A program made the translations under genes and the position numbers. 64,000 nucleotides of DNA, taken from an uncultured Chloroflexia bacterium. GTDB lineage: Bacteria > Chloroflexota > Dehalococcoidia > DSTF01 > JALHUB01. Of the stretch, positions 57,922 to 64,000 are shown in pieces (positions within the stretch are counted from its first letter, which is position 1; every line of letters starts with the position of its first letter). The notes below the pieces were generated by a model. The model was given only the letters and a program-made list of their open reading frames with translations. It searched no databases and was not told where the DNA came from. The stretch covers positions 544,001 through 608,000 of the forward strand of contig OY969814.1 of NCBI GenBank assembly GCA_963703345.1, written 5' to 3'.

Positions 57922-59826
57922 ATGCAGGGGGTGGATCTCGACGAAGGGCGACCCCGCTGGATCCGACGAATAGCCGTGCTGCTCGTCGTGCTGGTGATCG
58001 GCGGCGTCGCGGCATTCTTCATTAACAGGGCGCTCGCCGGCGACGGCCAGCAGACGCAGCCCTACACGCCGTACACCGTCGGCACCATGACTCTTCGCGC
58101 CATGGTTCAGACCGCCGGCGTCTCCGTCGCCCAGGATGAGGCTGCCCTGAGCTTCACCACTCCCGGCCAGATCGACCAGATATATGTCAACATCGGCGAT
58201 CACGTCTCAGCCGGCCAGCCGCTGATAGGCCTGAAAGCGGACCAGCTTCAGAACGCCGCTTCCACCGCGCAGTCTGCGCTAACGCTGGCCCAGCTTCAGT
58301 TGCAGAAACTCCAGGAAGGCGCCACTGCCACCGACCTGGGCAAGGTGGACGAAGCGGTAGTCGCCACGAACGCCGCTCTCACCAAGGCGCAGAACGACCT
58401 CAAGGACGCCACCGACCCACCGACCGATGCTGAGCTCACCGCCGCTCACCAGGCCGTCGCTGCCGCCGAAGCCGCGCTCTCCGCCGCCGAAGACAAGCTG
58501 GAGACGCTGAGACGGGGTGCCACCGACGCAGACATCGCCGCCGCTCAGGCCGCGCTCGATGCGGCCAAGGCCAAGCTCACGCAGGCGCAAAATGTACAAC
58601 AAGTCGCATTGGCCCAGAAGGCGGATGCTCAAAGCGCTTTCCAATACGCCGGCGGTACCTACTGTAACTTGAGCGGCTCTCTAACTGACATTTGCGACAC
58701 TCTGGAGGCAAACGACTATCAGGACGTGCTCACTACCGACGAAGTGCACGACCTGCTGACCGAGACGCCGGAGCCCACGCCGGCCGCGCTCCTCGAAGCT
58801 GCAATCTCGGCCCTGGTCACCGCAAACGACACCTATCGCAGTGCAATCGCCGCCGTCAGCACCGCCAACGATGCCGTCACTGCCGCTACGTCCGGGCGCG
58901 ACGCAGCGCAGAAGGCGTTGGACAAGGCGAACGACGGAGCCAGCTCTGACGACATCGATGCGGCAAAGCTGGCGGTCACCGCGGCTCAAGCCAGCGTCAA
59001 CGCCAGCCAGGCCGCGCTGCAGAAACTGCTCGACGGGGCCAGCGACACCGATATCGCCAACTTGAAGGCCGCCGTGGACAAGGCTCAGGCGGACGTCCTC
59101 GCCGCCCTGATAGCGCGGGATGAGGTCGGTCGCGGCGCCACCGCGACTGAGCTGGCGATGCAGCAGGAACAGGTGCATCAGGCCGAGCTAGCGCTGCAAA
59201 GGGCAAATCTCACCCTCAAAGACATGACGCTCACGTCTCCATTCGACGGGATCGTCTCGGCGCTTCCCGTGAAGATCGGCCAGGTCGTCAACGCCAGCAT
59301 ACCCGCCGTAACCGTCCTTACGCCGGGCCAGATGGTCTTTGAGCTGAACGTCGGCGAGACGGACCTTCCCTCCATCAGGATCGGCGAGCAGGGCACCATG
59401 ACGTTCGACGCTATTCCAACGAAGGTATTCCCAATTGAAGTGACTGCCGTCAGTCTTTCCCCCGAAACGAATCAGGGCGTGATCATCTACAAAGTCAAGT
59501 GCAAGATAAACGGCGACTTGAACGACCCGAACGGCCCGAACCCCGCGCCGGGCATGAACGGCTCCGCCAGCCTCGTCACCGACACCAGGCCGGACGTGGT
59601 CGCTATTCCCAGCGCCCTCGTCCGCAGTCGCGGCGTGCAGAAGGTGGTTGAGGTGGAGGTTAGCAAGGGCAAGACGGAGATGCGGCCCGTCGTCACGGGT
59701 CTGAGCGACGGCGATAACATCGAGATAACCAAGGGCCTGAGTATCGGCGACATCCTGGCCGTGCATGCCGTCGCAACTCCCACTCCGGCAACGGGAGACC
59801 AACAGCTTCCGGGCCACTTCCAGTAG
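57922..59826 (+). CDS. MacA-like efflux adaptor with long coiled coil
   Basis: TM segment, VNIGDHV, SPFDGIV, TGLSDG. Confidence 0.88.
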   Translation: MQGVDLDEGRPRWIRRIAVLLVVLVIGGVAAFFINRALAGDGQQTQPYTPYTVGTMTLRAMVQTAGVSVAQDEAALSFTTPGQIDQIYVNIGDHVSAGQPLIGLKADQLQNAASTAQSALTLAQLQLQKLQEGATATDLGKVDEAVVATNAALTKAQNDLKDATDPPTDAELTAAHQAVAAAEAALSAAEDKLETLRRGATDADIAAAQAALDAAKAKLTQAQNVQQVALAQKADAQSAFQYAGGTYCNLSGSLTDICDTLEANDYQDVLTTDEVHDLLTETPEPTPAALLEAAISALVTANDTYRSAIAAVSTANDAVTAATSGRDAAQKALDKANDGASSDDIDAAKLAVTAAQASVNASQAALQKLLDGASDTDIANLKAAVDKAQADVLAALIARDEVGRGATATELAMQQEQVHQAELALQRANLTLKDMTLTSPFDGIVSALPVKIGQVVNASIPAVTVLTPGQMVFELNVGETDLPSIRIGEQGTMTFDAIPTKVFPIEVTAVSLSPETNQGVIIYKVKCKINGDLNDPNGPNPAPGMNGSASLVTDTRPDVVAIPSALVRSRGVQKVVEVEVSKGKTEMRPVVTGLSDGDNIEITKGLSIGDILAVHAVATPTPATGDQQLPGHFQ

Positions 59827-59840
59827 CCCCGGCGACAACC

Positions 59841-60575
59841 GTGATCACGCTCGCAGATATTAGCAAAATCTACCGCACCGGCGACGTGCCGATCTACGCC
59901 CTCCGCTCAGTCGATCTGACGATCGAGGACGGAGAATTCGTAGCCATCATCGGACCGTCCGGTTCCGGCAAGTCCACCCTCATGAACATCATCGGTTGCC
60001 TGGACGTGCCGAGCGCCGGCAAATACAGCCTCGACGGCGTCACGGTCAGCAGCCTTAGCGATGGCTCCCTCGCCCGCATTCGTAACCGCCGCATCGGCTT
60101 CGTGTTTCAGAGCTTTAATCTCCTGCCGCGACTCACGGCGTTGGAACAGGTGGAAGTGCCGCTTATCTACCGCGGCGCCCGCAACCGCAGCAAGCTCGCC
60201 AGGCAGGCGCTGGCGGAGGTGGGGTTGGCGAGGCGCATCCATCACCGGCCGACGCAGCTTTCCGGCGGCGAGCAGCAGCGCGTGGCCATCGCCCGCGCCA
60301 TCGTCAGCCGCCCGACCCTTCTTCTGGCAGACGAGCCCACCGGCGCCCTGGACACCAATACGAGCCACGAAATCATAGGCCTTTTCGAGGCGTTGAACCG
60401 GGACCTGGGCATAACAGTCGTCTTCGTGACGCACGATCTGGAAGTCGCAGACCATACCCGGCGCATAGTGAAGCTGCGAGACGGCCAGGTGGTCAGCGAC
60501 GAGACGAATACGCCTGGTTCCGCTCGGTCGGCCGCGCCTCCCGTGAGCGCCGCCTCGACCGGGCCGCCGGCATAG
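59841..60575 (+). CDS. ABC transporter ATP-binding protein
   Basis: GPSGSGKST, LSGGEQQR, ADEPTG. Confidence 0.95.
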   Translation: MITLADISKIYRTGDVPIYALRSVDLTIEDGEFVAIIGPSGSGKSTLMNIIGCLDVPSAGKYSLDGVTVSSLSDGSLARIRNRRIGFVFQSFNLLPRLTALEQVEVPLIYRGARNRSKLARQALAEVGLARRIHHRPTQLSGGEQQRVAIARAIVSRPTLLLADEPTGALDTNTSHEIIGLFEALNRDLGITVVFVTHDLEVADHTRRIVKLRDGQVVSDETNTPGSARSAAPPVSAASTGPPA

Positions 60576-60594
60576 GTAGCCGAACCAAGTTGCG

Positions 60595-61866
60595 ATGAAC
60601 ATATTCGACACCATTCCCATCGCCCTCCGCGCACTCGCCGCCAACAAAATGCGGTCGCTCCTGACTATGCTTGGCATCATCATCGGCGTCGGCGCGGTGA
60701 TTTCGCTGATGGCGGCGGGCCAGGGCGCCCAGAAAGGCATCACCGACCGCATTCAGGGGCTTGGCAGTAACCTGCTTTTTGTCCGCCCGGGCTCCAAGGA
60801 CGACAACCCCACCAATAACCCGCTCGGCGATACGGTCCTGACGCTGGTAAGCACTGACGTTGATGCCATAAACAACCCCGATCGCTTTCCGTATGTTGAA
60901 AGCGCCGTTGGGCAGGTCATATTCACGGCGCCCATAGTCGCCAACGGAAAGAGCGTCAGCACGAGCATCACGGGCGTAACGCCGGGCTACCAGGTCACGC
61001 GCAACCACTACGTGGCCACCGGCAGGTTTATCAACGACGATGATATTACGCGGAAAGGCCTCGTCGCCGACATAGGCCCCAACCTCGCATCGCGGCTTTT
61101 CGGCGACGGCGTTGACCCCACCGGCCGGACTGTCCGTCTGACTGTCGGCGCCTTCAGCGTCTACTTCAGCTTCAACTTCCAGGTGATCGGCGTGATGGAA
61201 CCGAAGGGCGCCAATGGAACCGGTGACGAAGACAACCTGATGATCATCCCCCTGCCCACGATGCAGTCCCGAATACCCTATATTCGCAATCCGAGGGGGG
61301 TGACCAACGTTCACCAGATAACCATCAAGGTCTCCGACTCCAGCAAGTTCCCGCAGGCCAAGGAAGAGATAGCCGCCCTCCTTCGCGACCGGCACGGCGT
61401 GGACAAGAATGACTTCACGATCCAATCCCAGGAGGATCTCGTCTCCACCGCCAGTGAGGTCTCACAGACGTTGACCGTGCTGCTCGCAAGCATCGCTGGC
61501 ATTTCCCTGATCGTCGGCGGCATCGGCATCATGAACATCATGCTTGTTTCCGTGACGGAGAGAACGCGCGAAATAGGCATACGAAAAGCATTGGGCGCCA
61601 GGCGCGTGGACATCCTCTGGCAGTTCGTTGTCGAGGCGCTTACCGTTACGATGCTAGGCGGCCTCGTCGGCGTGGGCACGGGCGTCCTGCTGGCGAAGCT
61701 AGCAAATGGGCAGCACGTCTTCGGCCGGAACCTCTACACCGCCATAACGCCCTTCTCGATCATCGTCGCGTTCAGCGTCTCCGCCGCAATCGGCCTCTTT
61801 TTCGGCATCTACCCGGCGTTCCGCGCCTCACGCCTCAATCCTATCGAAGCGCTGCGCCACGAGTAG
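60595..61866 (+). CDS. MacB-like ABC permease
   Basis: RSLLTMLGIIIG, VGGIGIMNIMLVSV, PIEALR. Confidence 0.95.
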   Translation: MNIFDTIPIALRALAANKMRSLLTMLGIIIGVGAVISLMAAGQGAQKGITDRIQGLGSNLLFVRPGSKDDNPTNNPLGDTVLTLVSTDVDAINNPDRFPYVESAVGQVIFTAPIVANGKSVSTSITGVTPGYQVTRNHYVATGRFINDDDITRKGLVADIGPNLASRLFGDGVDPTGRTVRLTVGAFSVYFSFNFQVIGVMEPKGANGTGDEDNLMIIPLPTMQSRIPYIRNPRGVTNVHQITIKVSDSSKFPQAKEEIAALLRDRHGVDKNDFTIQSQEDLVSTASEVSQTLTVLLASIAGISLIVGGIGIMNIMLVSVTERTREIGIRKALGARRVDILWQFVVEALTVTMLGGLVGVGTGVLLAKLANGQHVFGRNLYTAITPFSIIVAFSVSAAIGLFFGIYPAFRASRLNPIEALRHE

Positions 61867-61877
61867 CTTTCGACCCC

Positions 61878-62534
61878 TCACAGCGTCCCGGTCTGCTCCT
61901 TGAAGAAGCGCACGACCTCGTCGGTCAGCCTGTCCTCGAAACCGAGCCAGAAGTGGTCGGCGCCCGGCACGACGACGATGCGGCTTCCCTCCGGCAGCTC
62001 GATCCCCATTCGCTCCGGATCGCGCGGTGGCGCAATATTGTCGCGCTCACCGAAGACGAAGAGCGCTGGGCGGGAGAGCTTGAGGTGCTGCCCATTCAAC
62101 GGCGGCGAGACCGCGGCGATGGCGCGTAGCCTGCGGTCGCCCGCGGAAAGCGCGACGACGGCGCCGAAGGAGTAGCCCGCCAGGTAGAGTCGCCTTGCAT
62201 CGACGCCGCGGTGCGCGGCAAGGAAATCAAGCGCCGCAACGGCGTCCTCCCGTTCGGCCATGCCGCCCCCGTGCGAGCCGCCACTCGGGCCGACGCCGCG
62301 GAAATTGAAGCGCAGGGTCGCAAATCCCTCTGCCGCCAGAACTTCACAAAGCGCGACGACGACGTTGTTGTGCATATCGCCGCCGTAGAGGGGATGCGGC
62401 TGGAGGACCGCGACCCCTGGAGAAGGAGCGTCTCGCGATGGGGGATAATGGAGCATCCCTTCGAGCTCAAGGCGCCCCGAAGAGAAGACTACAGGTTCGC
62501 TTGCCGGCCGGTCGAAAGCTTCGTCAGATAGCAT
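61878..62534 (-). CDS. Alpha/beta hydrolase
   Basis: PHPLYGGDM, RFNFRGVG, GYSFG, ADHF. Confidence 0.92.
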   Translation of the reverse strand: MLSDEAFDRPASEPVVFSSGRLELEGMLHYPPSRDAPSPGVAVLQPHPLYGGDMHNNVVVALCEVLAAEGFATLRFNFRGVGPSGGSHGGGMAEREDAVAALDFLAAHRGVDARRLYLAGYSFGAVVALSAGDRRLRAIAAVSPPLNGQHLKLSRPALFVFGERDNIAPPRDPERMGIELPEGSRIVVVPGADHFWLGFEDRLTDEVVRFFKEQTGTL

Positions 62535-62560
62535 CTACCGCGATACAAGCGGCCTGCCGA

Positions 62561-63013
62561 CTACTTGAGGCGACGAATATTGGCGTCGCGGAAGCTCCGC
62601 AGCGCCTCCGTCAGGTTCGCGCGCTGCCCCGTGGAAAGAGGCGTAAACAGCTCTTCCGTGGCAGTGCGCAGATGCGGGCGCACTTCGTTCAGCAGCGAGC
62701 GGCCTTTCCTGGTCAGCTTGATCAGCGCCTTACGCCGGTCCTTCGGATCGGCGAGCCGGTCGACGAGGCCGCGCTCGACCATTCGGTCGACCAGCGTGCT
62801 CGTGCTGGGGCTTTCCTGGATCAGCAGTCGCGCCAGTCTGCTCACCATTATCGGCGACTTCATGCCGTCGAGGATGCCAAGGGTGAGCGCCTGCGTTACT
62901 GTTAGGTTCCAGGGGGCAAGGGCGCGCTCGGTGTGCTTGCGCATGATCACGTAGGCAGCCGAAAGCAGTAGCGGCTCTTCGGCTTCGTTCTGGGGCGGTG
63001 GTTCGTTTTTCAT
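62561..63013 (-). CDS. MarR family regulator
   Basis: LVDRMVERGLV...DPKDRR...LTRKG. Confidence 0.92.
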   Translation of the reverse strand: MKNEPPPQNEAEEPLLLSAAYVIMRKHTERALAPWNLTVTQALTLGILDGMKSPIMVSRLARLLIQESPSTSTLVDRMVERGLVDRLADPKDRRKALIKLTRKGRSLLNEVRPHLRTATEELFTPLSTGQRANLTEALRSFRDANIRRLK

Positions 63014-63291
63014 CTCGCAGACCCCATCTTGTATTCTGGCCTTGTCATTATATGATCGTTTTTGTCATTGGAGCAACAACGATTAGTACTCTAGAGTCGA
63101 GAGGTCTACTTGACAGTTGCATCCTTTAGGTTTAGGAATAGAGGTATACTGTATGAGAAGAGCTCGGCCGGGGACGTTCGAGATTAGGAACCAGCATCAT
63201 CAGCAGGACTTGGCGGGTAGCCGCCTCACTATTCAGGGCGCTATGGAAAGAGCCTCTTTCCGAGCGTACCACCAGAAACGGAGGTTGACAA

Positions 63292-63792
63292 GTGGCGACT
63301 AGAACGCGTGTCGTAAAAGCAAAGCCCGGAGATAGGGACAAGGTTCTGGGCGACTGGTATTCCCTCTATCAAGCCTATAACGCCGTCTTCAAGGTCCAGG
63401 AGCTGTCGATCATCCCGCAGGGCATATCGCTGCCGCAACTACAACTGCTTGCCCTCCTGGCCTACGAACGGCGCCCGCTCGCCATTAGCGAACTGGCCTC
63501 TTGGATGGTCAAGGAGCCGAACAGCCTCACCGGCCTCGTCGACCGCACGGAAGCCAAAGGCTGGGTAAACACCCACGGCGACCCCAAGGACCGCCGCAAG
63601 AGGCTCGTCGAGTTCACGACCGGCGGCCGCAAGAAGTTCGAAGAGGCGTTCGGCGTCGCCAACAAGGCCAGCGAGAAGCTCTTCGCCAAACTGGGCGCCC
63701 GCGAGCTGGAGCAACTGAAGGCCTCCTGCCAGAAGCTGCGGGACGCCGCAATGGGAGAGATGGTCCGTAAGCCGACGTTCAGATTGCGCTAG
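63292..63792 (+). CDS. MarR family regulator
   Basis: LVDRTEAKGWV...DPKDRR...TTGG. Confidence 0.9.
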   Translation: MATRTRVVKAKPGDRDKVLGDWYSLYQAYNAVFKVQELSIIPQGISLPQLQLLALLAYERRPLAISELASWMVKEPNSLTGLVDRTEAKGWVNTHGDPKDRRKRLVEFTTGGRKKFEEAFGVANKASEKLFAKLGARELEQLKASCQKLRDAAMGEMVRKPTFRLR

Positions 63793-63871
63793 CGCAAGGT
63801 GGCTTGCGGCCCGGCGAAGCCAACGCTCCGCCCGCTCATCGCCGGACGGCAGTTCGCTATGCAGGGACTGG

Positions 63872-64000
63872 CTAGCGGTGCCAGAAGCGCTCGCTTTCCT
63901 TCTGACGAGCGTAGAAGCGGAATGTGAACGCCCACGTCGCTAGGCCCATGATCACTGCTCCGCTGAGGAAGAACCAGCGCCATATCTGAGACGGCATATC
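63872..64000 (-). CDS. 3' end of a membrane protein entering from the right edge
   Basis: Manual translation gives DMPSQIWRWFFLSGAVIMGLATWAFTFRFYARQKESERFWHR-stop. Confidence 0.5.
   Translation of the reverse strand, partial: DMPSQIWRWFFLSGAVIMGLATWAFTFRFYARQKESERFWHR

Overview
High-GC bacterial window; the gene content suggests Chloroflexota/Dehalococcoidia (inference). The right part (~50.8-64 kb) looks like core genome: tRNA-Lys(UUU), pyrE, lepB, an ECF sigma/anti-sigma pair, SIMPL, DUF4349, a TPP enzyme, a MacAB-like operon and two MarR genes. Directly downstream of tRNA-Lys (minus strand) is a tandem array of four cargo cassettes (24379-50827). Each ends in a 47-49 nt copy of the tRNA 3' half and carries conserved left and right arms of two matched types, in the order A-B-B-A. 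None encodes an integrase. Their cargo is: TetR plus a MacAB-like transporter; a radical SAM protein plus a cupin; a 16.5 kb sufS-rrf2-hdrCBA-mvhD-hdrD-hdrA-hdrA-mvhDGA electron-bifurcating hydrogenase module; and a broken cyclase gene containing a degenerate tRNA-Arg(GCG). The left part (1-24 kb) is an accessory mosaic: surface proteins sharing a candidate VGG(I/V)AExPD-TM-W(Y/H)xR(R/K)R sorting tail, a candidate shared 5'-UTR RNA motif, msrAB, mgtA, class III cyclases, gene fragments and two putative integrase 5' remnants. All calls come from reading the sequence and recalled family motifs; no searches were run.
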